From: Chloroflexota bacterium
GTDB taxonomy: Bacteria > Chloroflexota > Dehalococcoidia > SM23-28-2 > HRBIN24
DNA length: 58,641 nucleotides
Assembly (NCBI GenBank): GCA_030550295.1
Contig: JAUQPQ010000002.1
Location: 1 to 58,641, forward strand
Direction of reading: 5' to 3'
The notes beneath the pieces are model-generated. The model saw only the letters and a list, made by a program, of their open reading frames with translations. It was not told the origin of the DNA and did not search any database. A program made the position numbers and the translations under genes. The stretch's first letter is position 1, and the number at the start of each line of letters is the position of its first letter. This document shows, piece by piece, positions 24,747 to 34,433 of this stretch.

Positions 24747-27316
24747 AGCGTTTTACCCTGCTCGTCGTACCGCATACCCACTGGGACCGGGAATGGTACG
24801 CCCCCTTTGAGGTGATGCGTGCCCGCCTGGTGCGCATGATGGACCGCCTCCTGGACGTCCTAGAGGCCCACCCAGAGATCCCCTGCTTCCTTTTGGACGG
24901 CCAGACCATCTGCGTGGACGACTACTTGGAGGTGCGCCCAGAGCAGAGGCCCCGGCTGGAAAAGCTGGTAAGAGAAGGCAGGCTAGTGGTGGGGCCCAAC
25001 TACGTACTGCCCGACGAGTTCCTTATAGGCCTTGAGTCCCATATACGCAACCTAATGCTGGGTATAAGGTCGGCCCGCCAACTTGGGGCCTGCATGATGG
25101 TAGGCTACTTCCCAGACGCCTTCGGCCACATCGCCCATATGCCGTCCATCTTGCGTGGCTTCGGCATCGATGCTGCTGTGATCTGGCGGGGCGTAGGCCC
25201 TGAAGTTACCACCTCTGAATTCCGCTGGACTGCCCCCGACGGTTCCCAGGTCTTGGCCCTTTACCTCCCCTATGGCTATGCCTTGGCAGTAGACCTTCCC
25301 CAAGAGCCCCACCACCTCAAAGAGCGCCTCAGCTACATCTGGCGCCAGCTGGCCCCCTTGGCTACCACCCCTATCGTGTTAGCTCCCAACGGCAATGACC
25401 ACCGGGGCATCCAGGAAGACATAGGGCAGGTGGTACAAGTGGCCAACCAAGTCTTAGAAGAGGGGGAGGTAGCCATAGGCCACTATGGCCAAGCAGCGGA
25501 GGCGATAATAGCGGCCCTGGGGGAGAAGATCATGTCATTACCTTTGGTAGAGGGAGAGTTCCGATCGTCTAGATGGTCCCACGTCCTCCCAGGTGTCCTC
25601 AGCTCTCGCATCTGGATCAAGCAGCGATACCAAGAGTGCGAAGACCTGCTCGTCCGCTGGGCGGAGCCAATGCTAGTATGGGCCCAGCTTTTATCTAGCG
25701 TGTCCTCCTGCACCTTCAGCACAGAAAGGGCCCTTTTGGCCTACGCCTGGAAACTCCTTCTCCAGAACGCCCCCCATGACTCCGTCTGCGGCTGCTCAGT
25801 AGACGAAGTGCATGAAGAGATGAAGGTCCGTTTCCAGAGGTGTGAGCAGGTGGCAGGCTACGTCCTAGGGAGGGCCCTAAGGGAGGTGGCCGAAGCTGCC
25901 TCCCCCCAAGATGGCGTGCACCTGGTGGTGTTCAACTCTGAAGGGGGACCCCGCACCGACGTGGTAGTCGCCTCCGTCCCTACTCATCGCGGTGAGCTAC
26001 CCACCTCGGCCTGGGATGCAGAAAAGGGGGTGCCTGTGCCTTTGCAGCTCCTCTCTGTGAACGAGGCTGCTTCCCAGGCAACCGTTGCCCTGCTGGCCCC
26101 CTCTGTCCCAGGATATGGGCTGCGGGCCTTTCGCCTCGCCTATGGGGACTACCCTAGGCCCAGCGCGAAAAGTGACCGCACTATCGAGAACGAGTTCTTC
26201 CTAGTGGAAGCTTCCCCAGAAGACGGCACCCTTTTCATCACCCATAAGGCGACAGGCCATCGCTGGACAGGCCTCAACCGCTTCGTCGACGGGGGCGATT
26301 GGGGCGATGAGTACAACTATGCCCCACCCCGCGACGACCTGATGGTTGACTCCCCCTCGGCTCCACCTACTATCGAGGTGGTGGAGGCTGGGCCTGTCCG
26401 CTGGGCCCTTCAGGTCTCCATGGTCTACTCGCTCCCTGCCTCGTCCCATCAGGAGAGGCGCTCAGAGGAGAGGGTGGACTGCCCCTTAGTAAGCCGCATC
26501 TACCTTTACCCCAACGTTCCACGCATTGACATAGAGACAGAGGTAGATAATAGGGCCCAAGACCACCGCCTAAGGGTCCATTTCCCCACTGGCCTTAAGG
26601 CGCAAGAGGTGCTGGTGGACCAGCACTTGGGCGTCATCCGTCGCCCCGTAGAGTTGCCCCCTCCTTGGCCCACCGACATGGAGGCCCCCATAGCCACCCA
26701 GCCTCAAAAGGCCTTCTGCGCCGTTGAGGAGAACAGACTAGGGCTCTTGGTGGCCAACTGTGGCCTTCCGGAATACGAGGCCATTAGGGAAAAGGACGGA
26801 ACCATCACCTTGGCCCTCACCCTTCTGCGGTGCGTGGGGTGGCTCTCCCGCCCTAACCTCTACCCGTGGCGCAGAGGCCCCGCCGGGCCTACACTTGCTA
26901 CTCCTGGAGCCCAGATGTTGGGCCGGTGGGCCTTTCGCTACTCCATCATCCCGTACTCGGGCTCCTTGGAGGAGGCGATACCTCTGGCGTTTGCCTTCCT
27001 GCGCCCCATGCGAGGGGTGACGGTGCGGGAAGGAAGGGGGAAGTTGCCTCAAGCTTTCTCCCTGCTGGAGGTGACGCCTTCCCAGGTGGTAGTCTCGGCC
27101 ATCAAGCTCTCAGAAGAGGGCGATGGTGTGGTGGTAAGGCTCTATAATCCCACCTTCCGCCCCCTCTGGGCCCATGTGCGCCTCTTTGGTCACAGGGGCC
27201 AGGTGGAAGAGGTGAGCCTGGGGGAGGAATATTTAGGGCCAACCCTGGCTGACAAAGGCGAACTGGAGGCCATAGTACGCCCTAATGAAGTGAGGAGCTT
27301 CAAATTCAGACGATAA
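24743..27316 (+). CDS. Glycoside hydrolase family 38 alpha-mannosidase
   Basis: LLVVPHTHWDREW N-terminal GH38 motif, PDAFGH, and a large C-terminal beta domain. ATG 24743 forms an ATGA overlap with the upstream stop. Confidence 0.8.
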   Translation: MKRFTLLVVPHTHWDREWYAPFEVMRARLVRMMDRLLDVLEAHPEIPCFLLDGQTICVDDYLEVRPEQRPRLEKLVREGRLVVGPNYVLPDEFLIGLESHIRNLMLGIRSARQLGACMMVGYFPDAFGHIAHMPSILRGFGIDAAVIWRGVGPEVTTSEFRWTAPDGSQVLALYLPYGYALAVDLPQEPHHLKERLSYIWRQLAPLATTPIVLAPNGNDHRGIQEDIGQVVQVANQVLEEGEVAIGHYGQAAEAIIAALGEKIMSLPLVEGEFRSSRWSHVLPGVLSSRIWIKQRYQECEDLLVRWAEPMLVWAQLLSSVSSCTFSTERALLAYAWKLLLQNAPHDSVCGCSVDEVHEEMKVRFQRCEQVAGYVLGRALREVAEAASPQDGVHLVVFNSEGGPRTDVVVASVPTHRGELPTSAWDAEKGVPVPLQLLSVNEAASQATVALLAPSVPGYGLRAFRLAYGDYPRPSAKSDRTIENEFFLVEASPEDGTLFITHKATGHRWTGLNRFVDGGDWGDEYNYAPPRDDLMVDSPSAPPTIEVVEAGPVRWALQVSMVYSLPASSHQERRSEERVDCPLVSRIYLYPNVPRIDIETEVDNRAQDHRLRVHFPTGLKAQEVLVDQHLGVIRRPVELPPPWPTDMEAPIATQPQKAFCAVEENRLGLLVANCGLPEYEAIREKDGTITLALTLLRCVGWLSRPNLYPWRRGPAGPTLATPGAQMLGRWAFRYSIIPYSGSLEEAIPLAFAFLRPMRGVTVREGRGKLPQAFSLLEVTPSQVVVSAIKLSEEGDGVVVRLYNPTFRPLWAHVRLFGHRGQVEEVSLGEEYLGPTLADKGELEAIVRPNEVRSFKFRR

Positions 27317-27329
27317 GAAGGAGGAGAAG

Positions 27330-28292
27330 ATGGCCGTACCCCGAGAGCTGCCCAGCTACCAGCAGTTGCCAGTAAGGCCTGGAGCTCCCTCAGGATCGAC
27401 GTGGGGCCTCTTTGGGCCAGACGATGAGGTAGGTACCATTAACCTTTTGACCCCGGAGAGGGTAGTGGAGGCCGCCCGCCTGGTGAGGAAGGGTGCTGTC
27501 TTCTCCCTTAACTTGCCCTTAAATGTGCCCTCGCCACCCCTATACGGAAGGGGAGGGATACAGCACCGGTTGGTAGACCTTGGGGGGATAGCCAGAGACG
27601 ACTACCTGGAGAGCTTCTGGCTCCAGGCCTCTAGCCAGTGGGATGGCCTCCGCCACATCCGTCATCCCCGGGACGGCTTCTACAACGGCGTGCGCGACGA
27701 GGAGATAGTGGCGGGAGGGGGAAAGCTGGGGATAGAGCACTGGGCCCGCCGGGGCATCGTAGGCAGAGGCGTCCTTTTGGACGTAGCCCTTTATCTGGAA
27801 GGCCAGGGCCGCCCCCTAAACCCCCAAAGCTCCGATCTCATCACCCCTGACGACCTAGACGCCTGTGCCCGCCACCAGGGGGTGAGTCTTAGGATGGGCG
27901 ATATCCTGCTTATCCGGACGGGGTGGCTGGCATGGTATTTGAGGGCCTCGCAGGAAGAGCGGGAGGCCCTTGCCCACGGCCAAGGGGAAGGCCTTAAGTC
28001 CCCCGGCCTAGGGCCGGCCGAAGATATGGCCCGTTACCTTTGGGATAACCATGTGGCGGCAGTAGCTGCCGATAACCCGGCCTTAGAGGCGTGGCCACCC
28101 ACCCCCGAGAGGGGCTTCCTTCACTTTCGCCTCATCCCCCTCCTGGGGATGCCCATTGGGGAGCTGTGGTTCCTAGAGGACCTAGCCCAGGACTGTGCCC
28201 AAGACGGGGTATATGAGTTCCTCTTGGTCTCCGCCCCCCTGTATGTGATAGGAGGCGTAGGATCACCCCCCAATGCCCTGGCCATCAAGTAG
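27330..28292 (+). CDS. Cyclase family protein (kynurenine-formamidase-like fold)
   Basis: 320 aa, with QWDGLRHIRH and a LLIRTGW-type pattern seen in cyclase-family proteins. AGGAGGAG lies upstream of the ATG. Confidence 0.55.
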   Translation: MAVPRELPSYQQLPVRPGAPSGSTWGLFGPDDEVGTINLLTPERVVEAARLVRKGAVFSLNLPLNVPSPPLYGRGGIQHRLVDLGGIARDDYLESFWLQASSQWDGLRHIRHPRDGFYNGVRDEEIVAGGGKLGIEHWARRGIVGRGVLLDVALYLEGQGRPLNPQSSDLITPDDLDACARHQGVSLRMGDILLIRTGWLAWYLRASQEEREALAHGQGEGLKSPGLGPAEDMARYLWDNHVAAVAADNPALEAWPPTPERGFLHFRLIPLLGMPIGELWFLEDLAQDCAQDGVYEFLLVSAPLYVIGGVGSPPNALAIK

Positions 28293-29529
28293 CCCCCCTA
28301 TCGCCGGCCCCCGCTTCCAGGCCGACGCAGCAGTGATAGGGGCGGGCCCCTCAGGGGCCCGCACTGCCCGTGACCTGGCCCGGGAGGGGGTGAAGGTGCT
28401 CCTTATAGAGGAGCACCGCCAAGTGGGGATCCCTTCCCATTGTTCAGGCCTCATATCGCCTCGCACCTGGGAGATGGGGGAGATAGGGGATGAGGCTTTG
28501 GTCTGCAATCGCCTCCGGGGGGCCTTCCTGCATGTTGCGGACGACACCTACCTCCCATTGGGTGGGGATAAGGTGCAGGCAGTGGCCATAGACCGGGTGA
28601 TGTGGGACCGTGCCTTGGCTCAACAGGCCTGGGAGGCTGGGGCGGAGCCCGTCCACGCCCGCTTTGTGGGCGCTGAAAGGGTCACGGGAGGGGTGCAATT
28701 ATACCTTCAGCGAGGAGATAAGACCTTTTCAGCTTACGTACGTCTCCTCATTGGGGCCGATGGTGCCCACTCCCGGGTGGCTTACAGCATGGGGCTACCC
28801 CGCCCCGAGGAGAGGGTGCTCGCCTTAGGTGTGGAAGCGCACCTAGACCTCCCTAGGGAAGACTACGTCCACATCTTCGTGGGAGAAGATGTGGCCCCAG
28901 GTTGGTTCGGTTGGGCCATCCCCGCTGGCCCAGGGCTGGCCCGTCTGGGCATCGGTTGCGTCCTGGGGAAAGGGATACCTATGGAGCTGTACCGGGCCTT
29001 TAAGGAGCGGTTCCTGAGGCCCTTCGGCCCGGTGAGGGAGCTGCGGTTCTATGGGGGAGTGATACCTTTGAGCCCAGCCAAAAAGACGTACGGCCCCCAC
29101 GTCCTACTGGTGGGGGATGCAGCCGGACAGGCCAAGCCTCTATCAGGTGGGGGCTTATACATGGGGCTATTGGCGGCCTCGGTCTGTGCCCAGGCAGCTT
29201 TGAGGGCCTTGGCGCGGGACGATCTCTCCCCTTCAGGGCTCGCCTGGTATGAGAAGGAGTGGAGGCGTAGGCTGGGCCGGGAACTGGCCAGGGCCCGTCA
29301 CCTGCGGCGGGCAGGACTGGGCCTATCTAGCAGGGAACTGGTAAGCATCGTTAGGGCCTTGGAACGTCCCCGCGTCCAGGAGGCGGCCGTCCGATATGCC
29401 GATATCGATTACCCCTCCCGGTCCCTTTTGCGGGCTGCTGCCGCCGGCTTTCCCCTTCTCGCCTGGGCATGCCTGCGCCATCCTTCCCTGGCATGGCATC
29501 TGGTGAGGGCCCTGCTGGCCTGGGGCTGA
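28273..29529 (+). CDS. Geranylgeranyl reductase family FAD-dependent oxidoreductase
   Basis: AVIGAGPSGARTARDLAREGVKVLLIEE dinucleotide fold, SHCSGLIS, and LVGDAAGQAKPLSGGG. Confidence 0.7.
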   Translation: MPWPSSSPPIAGPRFQADAAVIGAGPSGARTARDLAREGVKVLLIEEHRQVGIPSHCSGLISPRTWEMGEIGDEALVCNRLRGAFLHVADDTYLPLGGDKVQAVAIDRVMWDRALAQQAWEAGAEPVHARFVGAERVTGGVQLYLQRGDKTFSAYVRLLIGADGAHSRVAYSMGLPRPEERVLALGVEAHLDLPREDYVHIFVGEDVAPGWFGWAIPAGPGLARLGIGCVLGKGIPMELYRAFKERFLRPFGPVRELRFYGGVIPLSPAKKTYGPHVLLVGDAAGQAKPLSGGGLYMGLLAASVCAQAALRALARDDLSPSGLAWYEKEWRRRLGRELARARHLRRAGLGLSSRELVSIVRALERPRVQEAAVRYADIDYPSRSLLRAAAAGFPLLAWACLRHPSLAWHLVRALLAWG

Positions 29530-29540
29530 GGTTGTGGCCA

Positions 29541-29549
29541 TGATATAAT
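29541..29549 (+). promoter_or_regulatory. Extended -10 promoter element (TGnTATAAT) for the RDD gene
   Basis: TGATATAAT at 29541-29549 has a perfect hexamer. It lies 13 nt before ATG 29563 and just after the upstream stop. Confidence 0.4.
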
Positions 29550-29562
29550 CTGGTGCCGGCCT

Positions 29563-30027
29563 ATGACCTATAACCAAAAAGCATCCACTGAGCTCCGCCC
29601 GGCAGGTCTTGGGGTGAGGATAGTGGCCTTTGTCCTGGATCTTATGGTCATCCTCACTTGTCTCATGGCGCTATTGGCTATCGCCCTTGTTCAACTCCTT
29701 GTGCGCACTGAGGGGGGCAAAGCAGAAGAGGAGGGGGCCGTGTGGCTAGCTGTGGCCATCGTCCTCGGTTGGATGGTGTTGGTGCCCCTTTATCATGTCC
29801 TGCTGTGGGCCTGGGGGGGCCAGACCTTGGGCCAGCGGGCCGTACGCATTCGCGTGGTGGCGGAGGATGGGGGACCACCTGGCCTATGGCGGGCCTCAGT
29901 TAGATATGTCGTTTACGCCATCTCCGTTCTATTCCTCATGCTAGGCTTTCTGCCCATCTTATGGGACGAAAGGAAGCGAGGCCTCCCCGATTTGGTGGCA
30001 GGCACCATGGTGGTAGACCTGACATGA
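29563..30027 (+). CDS. RDD family membrane protein
   Basis: RIVAFVLDLMV, three hydrophobic helices, and the WDERKRGLPDLVAGT motif. Confidence 0.7.
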   Translation: MTYNQKASTELRPAGLGVRIVAFVLDLMVILTCLMALLAIALVQLLVRTEGGKAEEEGAVWLAVAIVLGWMVLVPLYHVLLWAWGGQTLGQRAVRIRVVAEDGGPPGLWRASVRYVVYAISVLFLMLGFLPILWDERKRGLPDLVAGTMVVDLT

Positions 30028-30806
30028 GGGGGTTCCGTCCGCCCAGTGGGCCCCGCACCGCCCTGGGCATTTTGGTTGGCGCCCTCTTTTGGTTGTTGCT
30101 TATCCTCTTCTCCTCTGCCCAGGTCACTAGTCCTGGCCCAGGGCAGGCCCTCCTATCCCGGGCGATAGCCGCCCTGCTAGACTTGGACGCTGCCCTCCCA
30201 TACCTTGTCACCTCCCTCCATCAGCAGGCCCAGGAGGCCTCCCAGCCTATCGTCCAAGTGCCCGATTACCCCGTGCCAATTGAGGTAGATAGGGATATGG
30301 CCCTGGCCATGGACCAAATGCAGCTTCGGGCCCTCCTCCTGGACGAGACCGCAAGACGTGTATATGACCAAGGAATGGGCATTCTGGCAGAAGATGAGGG
30401 CCGTAGCCTTGATCCTTTCTCGGCCCCAGGCCTCATCGACAGGGGATTGGGGCTCATACGGGAGGAGGTGCACTTGTGGCTAACTGTGGCGACCATAGTG
30501 GTGGTAATAGCCTGGGCAGGCATCGCCTGGTCTGCTACCGCAGGGCTCAAGTGGCCTACAAGGCTTTTGCTCTGGGGTGGCACCATGGCAGCAGGGGCCC
30601 TCACCCTCGTCCTCACAGCTCTACTTGCTAGGGTAGCCATGAAAGCCTTGCAAGCCGGCTCCGATCCCCTTATCAGGGAGCTTTGGCAGGTAGGGCTAGA
30701 TGCCTCAAGCCTTTTCCTACGTAACGCCTTGGCCACAAGCGCCCTGGGAAGCGCTTCCTCCCTCCTGGGCATCCTATCCCTCACCACTAAGCGCACCCCC
30801 TCCTAG
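30024..30806 (+). CDS. Hypothetical membrane protein
   Basis: ATG 30024 overlaps the RDD stop (ATGA). It has an N-terminal TM helix, a soluble middle region and C-terminal TM helices. I do not recognise a family. Confidence 0.5.
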   Translation: MRGFRPPSGPRTALGILVGALFWLLLILFSSAQVTSPGPGQALLSRAIAALLDLDAALPYLVTSLHQQAQEASQPIVQVPDYPVPIEVDRDMALAMDQMQLRALLLDETARRVYDQGMGILAEDEGRSLDPFSAPGLIDRGLGLIREEVHLWLTVATIVVVIAWAGIAWSATAGLKWPTRLLLWGGTMAAGALTLVLTALLARVAMKALQAGSDPLIRELWQVGLDASSLFLRNALATSALGSASSLLGILSLTTKRTPS

Positions 30807-30818
30807 CCCCCAAAAGGA

Positions 30819-30847
30819 TTGACAAAGGGCCCCCCCTTGTGCATGAT
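30819..30847 (+). promoter_or_regulatory. Sigma70-type promoter candidate for the XRE-cupin regulator
   Basis: TTGACA (30819-30824), 17-nt spacer, CATGAT (30842-30847). Confidence 0.35.
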
Positions 30848-30874
30848 AGTGTTGTCCTGTTTCCCTTAGGAAAA

Positions 30875-31483
30875 ATGGCGATGAAAAGGAAAGGTGCTGG
30901 GGTAGAGGAGGCTGTGAGGTCCTCCCTGGAGCTTCTTCCTCGTCGGTTGCGGGAGGCGCGGCAGGGGGCGGGGCTCACGTTACGGGAGCTGGCCCAGCGG
31001 GCGGGGGTGGCGGCAAGCACCATCCTCAAGATAGAGCAGGGGAAGCTGGTGCCCAGCGTAGCCGTGACGGTGCGCTTGGCTGAGGCCTTGGGCAGACGTC
31101 CCAGCTACCTTATAGAGGGGGACAGGCCAGATGGCACGGAGGTACGCCTCATTCCTCGTGGTGGGGGACGGCTGGTGGCCAAGCCGGGTAGCCCCATCGT
31201 CTTTGAGCGCATCGCTGAGCCGTTAGTAGATCCCCAGATGGAGGCCTTCCTGGTGACATTAAAGCCTGGGGGGCATAGTGGGCGTGAGAGTCCCCTCTCC
31301 TTTCAGGGGGAGGCTTTAGTATTCTGCTTGCGGGGGCGGCTTTTATTCCAGTTCCCTCACCAAAGCTACCTTGTGACTCCTGGCGACGTACTCCATTTCA
31401 AGGGGCATCTTGCCCACAGATGGAGCAACCCAGGGCCAGAGGAAGCTGAGGCCATAATGGTATACGCCTTCGCCAGGAGATAG
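30875..31483 (+). CDS. XRE-family HTH transcriptional regulator with C-terminal cupin domain
   Basis: LRELAQRAGVAASTILKIEQGKLVPSVAVTVRLAEALG (HTH_3) plus cupin beta strands. ORF 30839 trimmed to ATG 30875 because the upstream codons overlap the promoter. Confidence 0.75.
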   Translation: MAMKRKGAGVEEAVRSSLELLPRRLREARQGAGLTLRELAQRAGVAASTILKIEQGKLVPSVAVTVRLAEALGRRPSYLIEGDRPDGTEVRLIPRGGGRLVAKPGSPIVFERIAEPLVDPQMEAFLVTLKPGGHSGRESPLSFQGEALVFCLRGRLLFQFPHQSYLVTPGDVLHFKGHLAHRWSNPGPEEAEAIMVYAFARR

Positions 31484-31555
31484 GAGGTGAGAGCCGGTTA
31501 AAGGAACCTCTCAGCCTCTAGGGACGCAGACAAGGACCTCTAGGAGGTGATGGCA

Positions 31556-32632
31556 ATGGTAGAGTTTGGCATGCTTCACCTGTTTGAACACCCGGCGGGC
31601 CGCACCGAGAAGCAGGTGTTAGAGGAGCAGCTGGACCTAATGGTCCAGGCCGAGGACTATGGCTTCCACTCGGTCTGGCCGGCGGAGCACCACTTCAGCG
31701 AGTACGGGTATTGCGCATCTCCTGTGGTACACCTAGCTTATGTGGCCGCCCGCACCAAGCGCCTACGCCTGGGGACGGGGGTAGTGGTGTTGCCCCTTAA
31801 CCATCCCATCCGCGTGGCCGAGGACTACGCCACCTTGGACCTAATATCCGAAGGACGGGTAGAGCTGGGCCTAGGCCGCGGCTACCAGCCCCACGAGTTT
31901 CGCGGCTACGGTATAGAACAGACCAAAAGCCGCCAGATCTTCCACGAGGGAGTGGAGATCCTCATCAAGGCGTGGACGGAGGAGCGCTTTAGCTATCATG
32001 GCCAGTTCTATCAGGTAGAGAACCTGGAGGTGAGGCCCAAGCCCCTCCAAAAGCCCCACCCACCCATCTGGATGGCAGCCCTCTCCAACGAGACCTTCGC
32101 CCTGTGCGGCCAGTACGGGTTCAACCTCCTAACGGCCTTCGCCTTCGGGGCCGACTTGGAGCGCGTCCACGGCAACATCGAGCAGTGGCGGCAGGCCCTA
32201 AGGGAGGGAGGACGAGATCCCAGCCAGTATCGGGTCGGGTGCCTGGCCATGACCTACGTGGCCGAGACTACCCAACAGGCCATAGACGACTTCGCCGAGC
32301 CTGTGCTGTGGTACTACCACACCTTCGCCAAGTATGTAGCCCCTCCCCCTGGCCACCCCCCAATACCTACGTACGAGCTGTATGCCCTCACACGGGACTT
32401 TGTAGCATCGGCCACCTGGGAAGACCTGCTGCGGCGTGGAGCAGTAGTCGTGGGCAGCCCCGACCAGGTGGTGGACAGGATAGGCCAGATCGTGGAGGCC
32501 ACAGGGATCAACCTGTACCTGGCATGGATCCGCATAGGTGGCCTGGACCACAAGAAGGTACTGCGCTCCATGGAGCTTATGGCCAGCCGGGTAATGCCTC
32601 AGCTTAAGGCCTTAGGGGTCCCTGCTAGCTAG
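31556..32632 (+). CDS. LLM-class flavin-dependent oxidoreductase
   Basis: GFHSVWPAEHHF and RVELGLGRGY luciferase-like motifs. AGGAGG sits 8 nt upstream of ATG 31556. Confidence 0.7.
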   Translation: MVEFGMLHLFEHPAGRTEKQVLEEQLDLMVQAEDYGFHSVWPAEHHFSEYGYCASPVVHLAYVAARTKRLRLGTGVVVLPLNHPIRVAEDYATLDLISEGRVELGLGRGYQPHEFRGYGIEQTKSRQIFHEGVEILIKAWTEERFSYHGQFYQVENLEVRPKPLQKPHPPIWMAALSNETFALCGQYGFNLLTAFAFGADLERVHGNIEQWRQALREGGRDPSQYRVGCLAMTYVAETTQQAIDDFAEPVLWYYHTFAKYVAPPPGHPPIPTYELYALTRDFVASATWEDLLRRGAVVVGSPDQVVDRIGQIVEATGINLYLAWIRIGGLDHKKVLRSMELMASRVMPQLKALGVPAS

Positions 32633-32659
32633 GCGAGGCGTATGGGGGGAGGGCGGGCG

Positions 32660-33754
32660 ATGAAGGCAGCTGTCCTGTACAGCCTCGAGGTGCCCCTCCA
32701 GGTAGAGGAGGTGGAGCTAGCCCCTCCTGGCCCCCAGGAGGTGCTAGTGCGCATCGTCGCCTCGGGCGTCTGCCACTCCGACCTGCACGTTATGGAGGGG
32801 GTGCTACCCCACCCCCTACCTGTCGTCCTTGGTCACGAAGGAGCAGGGATAGTGGAGGAGGTAGGGCCAGGCGTAGATTCTCTCCGGCCCGGCGACCACG
32901 TGGTCATCTCGGTAGTGCCTGTGTGCGGTCGGTGCCGCTTCTGCATCAGGGGCCGCACAAACTTGTGTATTGGCATTCGCACCGCCCCAGGAGTAATGGC
33001 CGATGGAACCCGTCGCCTACGCCGGGGTGAGGAGGAGATCAACCACTTTAGCCTCGTTTCCTCCTTTGCCCAGTATGCTGTGGTCCATGCAGGGGCAGCG
33101 ATAAAAGTGCGCAACGACGCCCCCCTTGACAAGGTATGCCTCATAGGGTGCGGCGTGATAACGGGGGTAGGGGCAGCCCTCAACCGGGCTCGGGTGGAGC
33201 CAGGAAGCTCATGCGTAGTAGTGGGATGCGGCGGGGTAGGCCTTAGCGTCATCCAGGGATGCGTGTTGGCCGGGGCCTCCACCATCGTTGCTGTAGACCT
33301 GGTGCCTCAAAGGCTAGAGGTGGCCCAACGCCTTGGGGCCACCCACGTAGTGAACGCCAGCCAAGGCGATGCCATAGCCCAGGTGCGAGAGATCACGGGA
33401 GGAGGGGCCGATTACGCCTTCGAGGTGGTAGGCAAGGAGGAGACGGCCTCTCTGGCCTTCTCTTGCCTAGCCCGGGGAGGCACTTTAGTGCTGGTGGGCG
33501 TGGGGCCCAGAGAAGCGCGGCTGCCTATACCCATCACCCCCACTGTCCTTAACGAAAGGGCCGTCCTGGGCTGCGACTACGGATCGGCCCGGCAGTGGCG
33601 AGACATCCCCTGGCTGGTGGACATGTACATGGCCGGCCGCCTCCACCTAGACGAGATGGTGGGCCGAACCTACCTTCTGGAAGCCATCAACGATGCCATT
33701 AACGACCTAAGGGCCGCCCAAGTGGTGCGCCCCGTAGTCCTCCCCTGGGGATGA
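32660..33754 (+). CDS. Zinc-dependent alcohol dehydrogenase
   Basis: GVCHSDLHV, GHEGAGIVEEVG, the structural-Zn Cys cluster CGRCRFC, and Rossmann GCGGVGL. Confidence 0.85.
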   Translation: MKAAVLYSLEVPLQVEEVELAPPGPQEVLVRIVASGVCHSDLHVMEGVLPHPLPVVLGHEGAGIVEEVGPGVDSLRPGDHVVISVVPVCGRCRFCIRGRTNLCIGIRTAPGVMADGTRRLRRGEEEINHFSLVSSFAQYAVVHAGAAIKVRNDAPLDKVCLIGCGVITGVGAALNRARVEPGSSCVVVGCGGVGLSVIQGCVLAGASTIVAVDLVPQRLEVAQRLGATHVVNASQGDAIAQVREITGGGADYAFEVVGKEETASLAFSCLARGGTLVLVGVGPREARLPIPITPTVLNERAVLGCDYGSARQWRDIPWLVDMYMAGRLHLDEMVGRTYLLEAINDAINDLRAAQVVRPVVLPWG

Positions 33755-33804
33755 CAGGGGATATAGCCTAAGGATAGCTCCCCTATGTAATATGGGATGG
33801 GGGA

Positions 33805-33879
33805 GCCACCGTAGCTCAGAGGCAGAGCAGCGGTTTCGTAAACCGCGTGTCGTGGGTTCGAATCCCACCGGTGGCTCCA
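33805..33879 (+). tRNA. tRNA-Thr (anticodon CGT), CCA encoded
   Basis: GCCACCGTAGCTCAGAGGCAGAGCAGCGGTTTCGTAAACCGCGTGTCGTGGGTTCGAATCCCACCGGTGGCTCCA, with anticodon loop TTCGTAA. Confidence 0.9.
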
Positions 33880-33911
33880 GGCCCTTCGTCTAGAGCTAGA
33901 GGAGGAAAGAA

Positions 33912-34433
33912 ATGGGAGTGCGTACTACCTCCCAAGAGCTGGAGCATGCCCGAGCGATCCAAGACATAGCCAAGGCCCGCTTCCCCTACCCTACCCGGGG
34001 CCGCCCTTACCTGAAGACCTACACGAATCACCCCCAACGCACCATGGGCGTAAAGACGCCGCGAGGGATCGTAGTATACCCAGACATCGTGGTGGTGCGC
34101 CACCCAGAAAACGAGGTGGTGATCTTGGCAGAGGTGGAGACGGCCGACACGGTAACCGCGGACGAGGCCCACGAATGGAAACTCTTCGCCTCACTAGGGC
34201 CCCTATATCTATACGTGCCCATAGGGTACGCCGATGAGGCCCGGCGCCTCTGCAAAAGCCTCAAGATACCTATTGTAGGCCTACGTACCTGGCGGTACAT
34301 CCAAGGGCAAGACCGCCTAGAGATAAACGACATCTTCACCCAGTGGACAGGCCTGGAAGACCTAGCCCCTGAGCCCCTGCGTGGCTTCCTCAAGCGCTAT
34401 CTAGAGTTCAGAGAGCGGGAGATGGCCAGCTAG
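33912..34433 (+). CDS. Hypothetical protein, possible PD-(D/E)XK-like nuclease fold
   Basis: 173 aa. GAGGAGGA lies upstream of the ATG. The core VVYPDIVVV...VVILAEVET...LYLYVP resembles restriction-endonuclease-like/Uma2-type cores, but the family is not recognised. Confidence 0.35.
   Translation: MGVRTTSQELEHARAIQDIAKARFPYPTRGRPYLKTYTNHPQRTMGVKTPRGIVVYPDIVVVRHPENEVVILAEVETADTVTADEAHEWKLFASLGPLYLYVPIGYADEARRLCKSLKIPIVGLRTWRYIQGQDRLEINDIFTQWTGLEDLAPEPLRGFLKRYLEFREREMAS

Noticed and set aside
31515-31544. Direct repeat CCTCTAGG-N14-CCTCTAGG between the XRE-cupin regulator and the LLM gene, considered as a possible operator.
   Set aside because: It is only 8 nt long, and the second copy is part of the SD region (CTAGGAGG). 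By a rough estimate, tens of such close 8-mer repeats are expected by chance in 58 kb.
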